DNA from: a virus
Taxonomy: Duplodnaviria > Caudoviricetes
Strand: one strand, 5' to 3'
IMG/VR virus record: IMGVR_UViG_3300031716_000012
Location: 1 to 55,333 of that record
DNA length: 55,333 nucleotides
The position numbers and the translations under genes were made by a program. The number at the start of each line of letters is the position of its first letter. Within the stretch, counting starts at the first letter, position 1. Below the pieces are notes generated by a model. That model saw nothing but the letters and a program-made list of their open reading frames with translations, made no database searches and was not told the origin of the DNA. This document shows, piece by piece, positions 47,127-55,333 of this stretch.

Positions 47127-47344
47127 CCGCTCTCCTTGATGATGTCGCTTTTCGGGGCGACCCCTCTGATCACTGGTGTGGGCAGGTGCCCCACGTGCCA
47201 ATACTCACGCTCCCGTGGGCACCGGTACGCCACCATGTGATCTTCGTTGAGTCGCTTCACTACCGTCTTGGCCGCTGAACGGCTCAGATACTTTCGCTTA
47301 CCACAGGCATCACAGACACCGATGTGGTGATCGTTATTGGCCAA
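47123..47344 (-). CDS. Zinc-finger protein
   Basis: CDACGKRKY.SR..A...AYRCP..WHVGH. Confidence 0.7.
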   Translation of the reverse strand: MANNDHHIGVCDACGKRKYLSRSAAKTVVKRLNEDHMVAYRCPREREYWHVGHLPTPVIRGVAPKSDIIKESG

Positions 47345-47903
47345 CTCCCACTAGCTCCTTGTCGTCGATCCGAATCACCTCAAACTGGCTGGTGTCGGCG
47401 ACAAGTGCCCGAAGCTGACGTGGCGTGTAGCCCTGACCAGGGCTAACTGGCATTGCGTCCACCACCATGGTGTCATCGAACCGGTGACGACCAGGGGTGG
47501 CCAGTTCCTCAGGACTCCAGGTCGGCCACTGTGCGGTCTGTGGCACCTGAGTAAACCGCTGCTGCGGCCACTCCTGAGAGTTGTAGGCCCGGTTGACGCG
47601 CTCACGCCACTGGTGGTTCAGCACGCGCTGCTCACGTGGGGCTGCTGCGTGGTACGTCTCGTTGGTTAGAGACCACTCGTCGGAGTTCTCTTCGTCCCAG
47701 CCGTGGCGGATGCGCTCCGCCTCGTACTCGGCCTCTTCATCCCACCGACGCCGACGACGCCGCGCGATGCTGACACGGACCTCGCCTCCGATCATCGTGA
47801 ACACGGTGCCCAGTCCGTAGACGAGGAGCAACGTGACACCGAGAAGACCTTTGCTCTGTTGCAGGTTACCCAGCAGGCTGCTGATCCAGTCGAGCACTGT
47901 CAT
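47334..47903 (-). CDS. Membrane-anchored hypothetical protein
   Basis: TM segment followed by poly-Arg; ATGA overlap. Confidence 0.6.
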   Translation of the reverse strand: MTVLDWISSLLGNLQQSKGLLGVTLLLVYGLGTVFTMIGGEVRVSIARRRRRRWDEEAEYEAERIRHGWDEENSDEWSLTNETYHAAAPREQRVLNHQWRERVNRAYNSQEWPQQRFTQVPQTAQWPTWSPEELATPGRHRFDDTMVVDAMPVSPGQGYTPRQLRALVADTSQFEVIRIDDKELVGVGQ

Positions 47904-48268
47904 CCTTCCGGTTGGACCAGGGGCGGGAGAGGTTCCCCGTAGCCCGCCTGCCGGAGCAGGATGATCATGTCCTCTAGTCGCATGATCACTGGCCAGTCCC
48001 CTATGCGAGCGGGACCGTACCCGTCTGGTCGTTGTACCACACATGGTACCCCAAGACCGGGGGCATCGGAAGCCTGCTTGAGCCAGGTTGTCACCGAAAA
48101 ATCCCGCCGTGCCTTAACTTCTACCTTTAGTCCAGGTGTGTTAAGAATGTCCGACCCGTTGCGGCCCGCGCCCACGTCGGTGGCGTACGGCCACCCGTGT
48201 TCCCGCATGTACTCAGCTACGACCTTCTGCGTCTCCGCTGCTCTGGACTTCCGGGCTCGGCTTGGCAT
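47900..48268 (-). CDS. Holliday junction resolvase (PD-(D/E)xK)
   Basis: GAG..GSDI..PG..VEVKAR...W.KQ. Confidence 0.8.
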   Translation of the reverse strand: MPSRARKSRAAETQKVVAEYMREHGWPYATDVGAGRNGSDILNTPGLKVEVKARRDFSVTTWLKQASDAPGLGVPCVVQRPDGYGPARIGDWPVIMRLEDMIILLRQAGYGEPLPPLVQPEG

Positions 48269-48434
48269 CTTTCACTCCCAACAGGAACGCGGCGGAGACG
48301 ATGAACGCGTGGAAGGTTGCCCAATCCAGGGCATTCTTGTTTTCGCTAATGAGCCATACGAGGCACAGCGTGGTGCCCGCGATAGATCCGTAAATCATCG
48401 TGCCGTAGCGGAGTCCCCGCCAGTACCAGTTCAT
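48213..48434 (-). CDS. Membrane protein
   Basis: Two TM segments; GAGG RBS. Confidence 0.5.
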   Translation of the reverse strand: MNWYWRGLRYGTMIYGSIAGTTLCLVWLISENKNALDWATFHAFIVSAAFLLGVKDAKPSPEVQSSGDAEGRS

Positions 48435-48584
48435 GTTTTTCCGCCTCAGGAAGAGTGGCTACCCAAAGATTGAAGAGGAGCAATAGCCATTGGCTGACTC
48501 CGAGCACCAAACCCCAAAGGCCGTGGGAGATTCCCAGCATTACTGCCAGGACTCCCACGGCCGTCAGGTCCGGATAGAACAGTC

Positions 48585-48884
48585 TCACTCGGTCTTCTCT
48601 TCGCTGGGATGGATCTGAACCAGACCAGCCTCACGGAGTTCGAGGATGACCTCCTCCAGGGACTTCGCCTCCGCCTCCTCGGCGGCCCGCTCGGCCTCTT
48701 CCTCCTCCCGGATGGCAACCTCTGCCACCAGGATGGGGAGCGCGAAGCCGCAGGGGAAGATCAGCAGCCCCAGGATCAGGGCCCAGCCGCCGTAACCGAA
48801 GCCAAGGGTGAAACTGAGGGCTGAGGCGATCAGGGTGACCCCCACCGCCCACCGGTACTTCCAGATCAGTTGCAGGTGCTTCAT
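48585..48884 (-). CDS. Membrane protein with acidic tail
   Basis: Two TM segments then EEEEAE; ATGA overlap. Confidence 0.6.
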   Translation of the reverse strand: MKHLQLIWKYRWAVGVTLIASALSFTLGFGYGGWALILGLLIFPCGFALPILVAEVAIREEEEAERAAEEAEAKSLEEVILELREAGLVQIHPSEEKTE

Positions 48885-49141
48885 CTCTTTCCTCTCGTTC
48901 CCGCTACGCGGGCCCGGAACTGGGCCACCTTCTGGTGGTCCATCGGTTCCCGCCACACCCCGTCACGTTCGACGTAGCCGAACGAGCCTGGATCTAGGCA
49001 GGTCGCCATCGGCCCCGTCTCCTTGTGGCGGAGCTTGTGGCGATGCTTGTCGAAGCCTGTCACCCCACCGAACGTGCGGTGGCAGACGGTGCAGTGCGCC
49101 TGCCCCGGTGTCACCCTCGGGCACGTGTTGTCGCATCTCAT
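48881..49141 (-). CDS. Phage FDXHR zinc-binding protein
   Basis: HCTVCHRTFGGVTGFDKHR..CLDP. Confidence 0.8.
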   Translation of the reverse strand: MRCDNTCPRVTPGQAHCTVCHRTFGGVTGFDKHRHKLRHKETGPMATCLDPGSFGYVERDGVWREPMDHQKVAQFRARVAGTRGKR

Positions 49142-49452
49142 TCGCACACCACTCCGTCACCGTCGTTGTCCCGGTACCAGGAGAACTCCGGGTCCCCCTT
49201 GTGGTATGGGCCATATCCAGCAGCCTTGGCCTTAGCGCAAGTGCTGAACTTCGGATCAGTCTTAGGTGTCGACTTGCTCGGCTTCGGTTTCGGGGAAGCC
49301 GACTTGGAAACTGCAGGCGTCGGTGACGACGGTGTAGACGGTGTAGCCGAACTGCAACCAGTTACCGCCAGCACCATCGCGAGCGCCCAGACCTCCAGGC
49401 AGCCCACGACCGTGGCCAACCCGAAGGCACTCTTTCTCAATCTGGATGTCAT
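49138..49452 (-). CDS. Excalibur calcium-binding domain lipoprotein
   Basis: Lipobox VTG-C, S/P/T linker, FSTCAKAKAAG..RDNDGDGVVCE. Confidence 0.88.
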   Translation of the reverse strand: MTSRLRKSAFGLATVVGCLEVWALAMVLAVTGCSSATPSTPSSPTPAVSKSASPKPKPSKSTPKTDPKFSTCAKAKAAGYGPYHKGDPEFSWYRDNDGDGVVCE

Positions 49453-49602
49453 CAGTCGTCACCTCCGAACAGCTTGTTCGCCAGGAACAGGCCCAGGGCC
49501 AACCCGAGGATCACCATGATGACGGTCATCCGAAGATCGCCAGTCCCATAGCCAGGACCCAGGTCCACAGGCAGAAGAACGTGATGTCCAGCCCTAGCTG
49601 CT

Positions 49603-49965
49603 TCACCCGACTACCGCCCGGAACTGGCGGGACCGGTACTGCTCTGCGATGTCCGGGTGCTGAGCAGCGAAGGACTTCAGGTCGAACTCGGTGCGGGCCA
49701 CCTCGTGCTCGAAGTGCTGCACCATCTCCGGGTAGTCCCGCTTCAACCCGGTCACAGACCAGGTGTCGATGGGGCGGTAGGTGACAACCTTCCGGTCGCC
49801 CACCTTCCCGGCGTGCGCGTCCCCGATGAGCTTCTCGATCTGCTCACGCAGGAACTTGACGTGCCGGTTCCAGCCTTCGGCGTTCTCCACCGCCTGCTGG
49901 TACTGCGTCCACAGGTCCGGCGGGATCTGCACTGCCGGTTCGGATGCGTACGGGTCAACACTCAC
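49603..49965 (-). CDS. Hypothetical phage protein
   Basis: AGGAGG RBS; coiled N-part, FD.KSF...HPDI..QYRSRQF. Confidence 0.7.
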   Translation of the reverse strand: MSVDPYASEPAVQIPPDLWTQYQQAVENAEGWNRHVKFLREQIEKLIGDAHAGKVGDRKVVTYRPIDTWSVTGLKRDYPEMVQHFEHEVARTEFDLKSFAAQHPDIAEQYRSRQFRAVVG

Positions 49966-50130
49966 TTGTTTCCTCCTAGGGATGCCACGAACAGACCGAT
50001 GACGATGGCCAGACAAACGGCCAGCACGATGTACGGGGTGCAGCCGGTACAGCCTCTGCTGGTGTCTACCTGCTTGGTCACTTACCCACCCCCGATGCGA
50101 ACAGGATGTATCCGAGCATCACGATCACTA

Positions 50131-50612
50131 CTATCGCGATGAAGCCGAGGAGCCAACCTCCTCCTCCGCCTCCTTCTGGATTTCCTTTTGCTCCCACTTC
50201 TCCTCCTTGATTACCTTCCGACACGTCTGGCAAGGGATCTCATGGCTGTAATTGCGGACGAGGTTGTAGCACTCCATACGCCCGGTGCCGGGCTCAGGGT
50301 TGCAGATGGGGATTGTGTTCCAGGAGGTTCCAGCAACTGCTGGATCAGAGCAATCCCGTCCGCAATGTCCGCAGATTCGGCTAGTGCTTCCTTCCACTTC
50401 GTTACTCCCATCTGTTCTTGTTCGTACGGTTCGATGCAGTAGGAACAAATGTGATCATCTGTCCCGTCCTCGTTGTAGTAGGTGGTTAGTTTCAGGGGCT
50501 CCGTAACGGAGCGGACCTTTTCCACCCCACCTACGACCTTGATGAACTTCTTATAGTGGGTCTCGAAGCATCGGTCGCAGCGGTCACCACTCTTTGGTTC
50601 TGACGTGCTCAA
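50131..50612 (-). CDS. One or two overlapping Cys-rich hypothetical proteins
   Basis: Frames 50211-50612 (CDRC, CSYC) and 50131-50448 (CGHC, CQTC) are both plausible; boundaries unresolved. Confidence 0.4.
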
Positions 50613-50904
50613 TGTACTCCTCCAGGAACTCCATCATGACGTGGTACATGTCTGCCGGGGAACCTGGGTTACCTGCGTGAAGCTTCCGGCGAAGCAACTC
50701 GTGCGGCTGCCACCGGTCCCACTCCCGCCACAAGGTACGCAGCGTCTCGACCTGGGTCTCCCGCTCCTTTGCGGGAGTGTTCAGCAGATCCTTCCGGTTG
50801 AGCACCTCGATCGGGTCGACACCGTGGTACTTGGCGCGGTTGATGATGTCCCGCACCACGGCAGCGAAGTCAAGAGGCACCCCCGGTCTCATCGAGCGAC
50901 CCAC
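50584..50904 (-). CDS. Hypothetical protein
   Basis: Open frame in operon, RBS-like GGAGGGA. Confidence 0.65.
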   Translation of the reverse strand: MGRSMRPGVPLDFAAVVRDIINRAKYHGVDPIEVLNRKDLLNTPAKERETQVETLRTLWREWDRWQPHELLRRKLHAGNPGSPADMYHVMMEFLEEYIEHVRTKEW

Positions 50905-51172
50905 GGGCTCTCCTTCCCTCCTTGGCTAGTCGCATGATCGCGACCGTGCGGCTGCCGATGGTCTCGGCCAGTCGCTGGGCGTCCCAGTCGTCCTGGTCGA
51001 GCACCTCCGCCACTTGTGCGCGTCGGTACTCGGCCAGGGTGGGTAGCAGGGTCTGGACCGCGTACACGATCCAGTCCCCTGACGCCTTGACCCGTTCGGG
51101 GCCGTCCATGTGGTCGAGAGCGTTCCAAAGGACCTTGACCCACGTGGGGTCTAGCCGTTCTCGATCCGCCAT
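50870..51172 (-). CDS. Hypothetical protein, possible HTH
   Basis: RRAQV...WDAQRLAETIG..IMRL. Confidence 0.6.
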   Translation of the reverse strand: MADRERLDPTWVKVLWNALDHMDGPERVKASGDWIVYAVQTLLPTLAEYRRAQVAEVLDQDDWDAQRLAETIGSRTVAIMRLAKEGRRARGSLDETGGAS

Positions 51173-51435
51173 GCCCCGAACCCCTTCCGCATCCAGTCCT
51201 TCAGTTCCTTATGGCTTATCAGGTACAGGGTTTCCCCCTGAAGGACTGCGTACCAGTTCGTCGCTACCCACCAGACTCTTACGGTGCTGGCAGTCACACC
51301 AGGTTCCTTCTCCGCTGACTCCGTTGGCACACCCGTGGTGCGCACCGGATCGGCATTCCCCGCATACGAAGCCCATGCCTCGAATTCCTTTCGCCGCGCA
51401 AGATGCTTGCGCTCCCATTCATCGAAGATCATCAA
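51151..51435 (-). CDS. Hypothetical protein (alternative frame 51209-51376 also plausible)
   Basis: Coupled to SLOG stop codon. Confidence 0.4.
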   Translation of the reverse strand: MMIFDEWERKHLARRKEFEAWASYAGNADPVRTTGVPTESAEKEPGVTASTVRVWWVATNWYAVLQGETLYLISHKELKDWMRKGFGAWRIENG

Positions 51436-51797
51436 AACCTCACAATCGTTGATAGGTTCCTTTCCCTTGCCTTCCTAATCATGTTCTCGGTCCCTCGGGA
51501 CTTGCCGTCCCAGAATGCCAGCACCAGGTCCGCTCCGCTATCCGCCATCATGGTGTTGCGAAAAGGGCCCGCCATCTTGCCGTAACGGTTCCAGTCGGCC
51601 TGGAAGATCTCCTCCTGGACACCGGGTCGTTCTTTCGTCCAGTCGTGTGCTGCTCGGTCCGCTCCTGTTGGGCATCCCCCGTGGATGACCACCAGTTCTG
51701 TTTGCATAGACCAACAAGTGCCCCAGACTCCATCCAGGGCTGCGTGAACTACTTCGGGTCGCCCCCAGTCCCGGCAGCCGGTGACTATGACTCTCAA
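51432..51797 (-). CDS. SLOG family (YspA/DUF2493) protein
   Basis: VIVTGCRDW, IHGG..TGAD, ADW.RYGK.AGP.RN..M, AFWDG.S.GT. Confidence 0.88.
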   Translation of the reverse strand: MRVIVTGCRDWGRPEVVHAALDGVWGTCWSMQTELVVIHGGCPTGADRAAHDWTKERPGVQEEIFQADWNRYGKMAGPFRNTMMADSGADLVLAFWDGKSRGTENMIRKARERNLSTIVRF

Positions 51798-51897
51798 CTC
51801 GCCTCCCAGGTAAGGGAGAGAGGCCCAGACAGCCCTCCAGAAGTCTGGGCCTCTCCCTGTGCGCACCCGAGACCGGTAGGGCGCGCGTCAGTAACGC

Positions 51898-52848
51898 TTA
51901 CTTGCCAACGATCAAGGAGTTGTTCCCGGTGCTACACATCAGGCCCCCGTACTGGAGGTTCTGAAGCTGCCCCTTCGCAGCCAGATCCTTGATCATGTTC
52001 AGGCAGTTCTGGTACTTCACACCCGGATCGTTGGAGGACGAAACAGCCAGCTTCTCGTTCGCCAACTTCTGCTGCTCAGCGGTGAGTTTCTGCTGCGTCG
52101 CGATCTGAGTGTCGGCAAGCGCCTGAGCGAACCCGTTCAACTTGCCTTGGGTGACCGCATCGTAGTGAACGAGCGGGATGGTGAGCACGTCCACCTGAAT
52201 GCCAGCTTCGACATTCTGCTTCAAGATGCCCAGTGCCTTGTTAGCAAGGTCCAGGGTGGTGGTTGTGGACTTCTCACCAGTGGCCAGAACCGCGAGCGGG
52301 TTGTAGTTCTCGAAGACCTCGTTGAGAGCTACCCGCATCTGCCGGTCCACCACGTTGTGGCCCACGTTCTTGACCACGTCGTCGTTGTTGCCCCGGTACT
52401 TCTGCCAGAGTTCACTAGCGTTGGCGTGCCGGTCCACGTTCCACTGGACGGTGACGTCCACGCAGGCGGTGGTCTGATTGGCAAGACGTACCGTTACTGC
52501 CGTGCAGGCACCCGTGTTCCACAGACCAATGTCCGTGTTCAGGTTGATGTTCTGCACAGTCGCATCGACCGTTTCGATCGATGACCACGGGGCTACCCAG
52601 TGGAAGCCGTTCTCAAGGCTGGCGGTGGGCTTGCCAAACTCCACCTGCACGCCCACATTTCGCGGGGGCACTGTGGTGAAGCTGTTGAAACCGAAGATGC
52701 CCAGCCCGATCAGGGCGATGAGCGTGCCGGAAACGATCGGTCCGAACTTGTAGTCAGTCTCGAACAGGGCTTGGCCGAAGACAGCCACAGCGAGTCCGAA
52801 GAGAACCAGCAGGATCGGTACGACGATCGTCCAGATAACAGCACCCAT
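51898..52848 (-). CDS. SPFH/Band 7 membrane protein
   Basis: Two TM, VGVQVEFGK...GFHWVAPW, DVTVQW, C-terminal coiled coil. Confidence 0.85.
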   Translation of the reverse strand: MGAVIWTIVVPILLVLFGLAVAVFGQALFETDYKFGPIVSGTLIALIGLGIFGFNSFTTVPPRNVGVQVEFGKPTASLENGFHWVAPWSSIETVDATVQNINLNTDIGLWNTGACTAVTVRLANQTTACVDVTVQWNVDRHANASELWQKYRGNNDDVVKNVGHNVVDRQMRVALNEVFENYNPLAVLATGEKSTTTTLDLANKALGILKQNVEAGIQVDVLTIPLVHYDAVTQGKLNGFAQALADTQIATQQKLTAEQQKLANEKLAVSSSNDPGVKYQNCLNMIKDLAAKGQLQNLQYGGLMCSTGNNSLIVGK

Positions 52849-52915
52849 ATAGGCGCGTCCTCCTAGAGAAGGGAGGGGTCTCTCCCCTCCGCGACTCTAG
52901 TGTACCACGGGTGCG

Positions 52916-53773
52916 CTACTCGACAAGTCGAGCCTGCTCCTCGTCAACCACGGCGTCGGCGACCTTTCCGATGGACTCCTCGGTGAGGTTCACCTCGCCT
53001 GGCACCGGAATGCCTGCCTGAAGGATCGCCAGGATCTGGTCCAGCTTGCCCTGCACGAACTGCATGTCCGCGTCGATGGTGTGAACCTGCTCCTGCACGT
53101 TCAGGGCAGTCTGGTATGCCAGGTGCGCACGCTGGGCTGCCTCGGTGATGGCGGTCTCACCCATGATCTCCGGGTTGTTGCCCGCAGGGTCATGCTTCGG
53201 AGAGTCGGTACGCCAGTAGAAACCGTCGTTGTTGACCGCGTTGTCGCGGTTCCACACCGCATCACGGGTCTGGTCAGCGGACAGAGCCATCTCATACCCC
53301 AATACGTCGAGCAGTTTGTCCATGTTCTCACGGGTCAGTGCGTTCCGGGAGAACGAGAAGTGGATGTGCCACAAGTGCGAAGAATCGGACGACACTGCCG
53401 TTACATACCGGTAGTCCCAGCCTTCAACGGCGGAGTCCTTGTCGGCCTGGCCGTAGAACTCCCGCATCCAGTTGAGGCGGTCGTCGTTCATGTCCTTGCC
53501 GGAGTCCAGGAGCCGCTTCGCGTACTTGGCGATCCTGGTGTAGTCACCGTGCTGCGCTTCTGGGAACGTCCAGTCCAGGGCGGCGGCAAGGTTGCTGGGT
53601 CCACCCTTGTCGGGTGCGTCGACTACCGAGTAGTCGGTGGGCTTGTTGCCCGAGCGTGTGTTGTGATAGCCCGGTTTGTCAGCAAAGATGCCACCGAGTT
53701 GTGTGGAGGGCTCCATCTCGTGGAGCTTCTGCCACAGGTAGTCGATGGCATCTGAAATCGGAGGACTGACCAT
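52916..53773 (-). CDS. Endolysin, LAS/M15-like zinc peptidase
   Basis: GYH...AAALD...HLWHIHFS metal ligands; C-terminal helical tail. Confidence 0.7.
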   Translation of the reverse strand: MVSPPISDAIDYLWQKLHEMEPSTQLGGIFADKPGYHNTRSGNKPTDYSVVDAPDKGGPSNLAAALDWTFPEAQHGDYTRIAKYAKRLLDSGKDMNDDRLNWMREFYGQADKDSAVEGWDYRYVTAVSSDSSHLWHIHFSFSRNALTRENMDKLLDVLGYEMALSADQTRDAVWNRDNAVNNDGFYWRTDSPKHDPAGNNPEIMGETAITEAAQRAHLAYQTALNVQEQVHTIDADMQFVQGKLDQILAILQAGIPVPGEVNLTEESIGKVADAVVDEEQARLVE

Positions 53774-53783
53774 ACAGTCCAGG

Positions 53784-53972
53784 CTAGTCCGGAGTTACCA
53801 ACCTTGGGAAGCGTTCGTATCGTTTGAGGTGAGTGTTTCCCTCGTTGTCAGCTTCCGTGAACTTTGTGTGCGTTGTCCCTTCCCATCCGCATAGACAGAC
53901 GGGCTGGATCACCGGGTCAAGGATTTCGGGGGGCGACACCTCCCGAAACATGATCACGTGTCTAATCCGCAT
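53784..53972 (-). CDS. Small Zn-binding protein
   Basis: CLCGW...H; GGAG RBS. Confidence 0.5.
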   Translation of the reverse strand: MRIRHVIMFREVSPPEILDPVIQPVCLCGWEGTTHTKFTEADNEGNTHLKRYERFPRLVTPD

Positions 53973-54201
53973 ACGCTCGCTCCACCCAGTAGTGCAGTTG
54001 GTTACGCGCACTCTCCCGAGACTCGCCGATCTTGTCGTGGAGTCCTTGAATGAGCGCAGCCCTGGAGGCGTTACCCTCCAGGGACTCCAGGTCCGACTCG
54101 ATGTCACCCAAGGCAAGCAGATACCCCTCCGTGTAGGAGATCATCCGTTCGCGCATGGACTTCTTGATCGGCTCGGTGCGCGTGAATTTGCGGTGGCTCA
54201 C
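53962..54201 (-). CDS. Hypothetical protein
   Basis: GTGA overlap. Confidence 0.6.
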   Translation of the reverse strand: MSHRKFTRTEPIKKSMRERMISYTEGYLLALGDIESDLESLEGNASRAALIQGLHDKIGESRESARNQLHYWVERAYAD

Positions 54202-54467
54202 TGAAGCTCACCCATTGCCGCCGCGAGGCGGGGAATCACGAAGTCGGGCACCGCGTGTCCGGCCTTCTGATGTTCGCGTACGTGGCGGATCATTGCCTCG
54301 TGGGTGTCGACCCGGAAGTCCGGGTGCTCCCCAGCGAAACTGTCGACCATGTGGTCCTGGAGCAGGCACCCGCAACAGGTGATCCCACCCAGGTAACTGT
54401 CGTAGATGTACAGGGCCGAATCATACGGATGTGGTCCGTTCGGCCCACTCCACCTGACGTAACTCAT
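54198..54467 (-). CDS. Conserved hypothetical protein
   Basis: MSYVRWS..S.LYIY..CCGC..H..EH..AGH.VP; GGAGG RBS. Confidence 0.7.
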   Translation of the reverse strand: MSYVRWSGPNGPHPYDSALYIYDSYLGGITCCGCLLQDHMVDSFAGEHPDFRVDTHEAMIRHVREHQKAGHAVPDFVIPRLAAAMGELQ

Positions 54468-54681
54468 ATTCCTTCCTCCACAGTTGCGGGTCGTAGGACG
54501 CCGTGTCCCCTATCCAGACGCGCCCGTGTTCCTTGCAGTCCCCGTACACCAGGAGCGGTGTAGCCGGGTCGCATCCGCAGTTCTCCAGGTTGCAGTCCTC
54601 CGGGAAGATGACCTTCACGTTGGACAGGTACCAGCCGTGCCCCCTTGGGCATTTGAATGGCCACACCGGCGGCTTACTCAT
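54421..54681 (-). CDS. Cys-rich hypothetical protein
   Basis: AAGGAG RBS, TGATG coupling. Confidence 0.55.
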   Translation of the reverse strand: MSKPPVWPFKCPRGHGWYLSNVKVIFPEDCNLENCGCDPATPLLVYGDCKEHGRVWIGDTASYDPQLWRKEYELRQVEWAERTTSV

Positions 54682-54884
54682 CACCGGTTCTCCTTCTTTC
54701 GTCGTGAGTTCTTCTCGATCCAGGGGCCGCCGTCGTACCGTATTGCACCACAGGCGCAGCGCTGGACACAGGTAAACGAACTCCAGAACCATGCGGCCGA
54801 CCACCAGCGGCAGGTGTGCCACCTTCGGGGAAGTGGGGCCTGGTGCCACCAGACCCCCTCCCGGTGGAGGTACTCATCCTCCAT
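54681..54884 (-). CDS. Cys/His/Trp-rich hypothetical protein
   Basis: TAATG coupling; WH.C...RCACGA. Confidence 0.6.
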   Translation of the reverse strand: MEDEYLHREGVWWHQAPLPRRWHTCRWWSAAWFWSSFTCVQRCACGAIRYDGGPWIEKNSRRKKENR

Positions 54885-55219
54885 TACTTGACCTTCTTCT
54901 CCAGGGCCACGAGCCGGTCGACGATCTCGGCGAGCATGTTCGTCTGGATCTGTGCGAGGGTCCGCATCTTTTCGATCTGCTCCTCGTGCGCCTGGACCAC
55001 CTCGAAACCGTCCTTGACGATCAGGGTCAGTTGGCGGCCGAGGTCCGCCTGACGCGCCAGCATGATCTTGATCCTGGCGAGGACGTCGGTCTCCTTGGCA
55101 GCGTCCTGCTCCGGTTCGGGAGGGTCGTCGTCGAGGTTCCTGAGGAAGGCTGCAACTTTCTGGGGGGTCACTGGGGCAAGGTCACCCAGATCTCCAGTCT
55201 CATCATCTTGCATCGTCAT
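54884..55219 (-). CDS. Hypothetical coiled-coil early protein
   Basis: Starts MTMQ inside the right repeat. Confidence 0.7.
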   Translation of the reverse strand: MTMQDDETGDLGDLAPVTPQKVAAFLRNLDDDPPEPEQDAAKETDVLARIKIMLARQADLGRQLTLIVKDGFEVVQAHEEQIEKMRTLAQIQTNMLAEIVDRLVALEKKVK

Positions 55220-55333
55220 ACCCAGATCCTACCACGGTTCTTCGGATCTTGCCAATAGGAAGTTGTAAGCTGTACCAGGAAGCTGCAAGCTGTACTCCAA
55301 AGCTACACGTTGTAGGCCCAATGTGAACCAGAT
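55207..55333 (-). repeat. Right copy of terminal inverted repeat (with mirror promoter at 55226-55255)
   Basis: Exact reverse complement of 1-127. Confidence 0.97.

Overview
A near-complete, GC-rich tailed actinobacteriophage genome with a siphovirus-like gene set. The head module resembles that of mycobacteriophage cluster B, with separate hexamer and pentamer capsid proteins. The host is probably a filamentous actinomycete; this is inferred from WhiB, DUF397, an excalibur lipoprotein and the endolysin type. Both ends carry an identical 127-bp inverted repeat containing iteron-like repeats, a strong promoter and the first four codons of the first gene of each arm. Layout: small early genes (+, 115-3120); replication/regulation block (-, 3149-10019: two ParB-fold genes, primase-helicase, SSB-like, Cas4-like nuclease, HTH); terminase, portal, MuF, protease, a 2024-aa protein with two ADP-ribosyltransferase-like domains, capsids and tail (+, 10074-36655); a 7.6-kb glycosylation island (six glycosyltransferases, a sugar C-methyltransferase, a GDP-mannose dehydratase); membrane proteins and DUF397; a ~950-bp non-coding array (one tRNA-Met, three aberrant tRNA-like modules, further hairpin modules); and a right arm (-) with resolvase, SLOG, SPFH and endolysin. 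I could not recognise an integrase, DNA polymerase, ParA, protelomerase or small terminase. The best candidates for undescribed biology are the tRNA-mimic/ncRNA array, the branched-sugar glycosylation island and the giant dual-ART head protein. All family calls come from reading motifs by eye, without database searches. Many start codons were adjusted from the ORF track using RBS or gene-overlap evidence.
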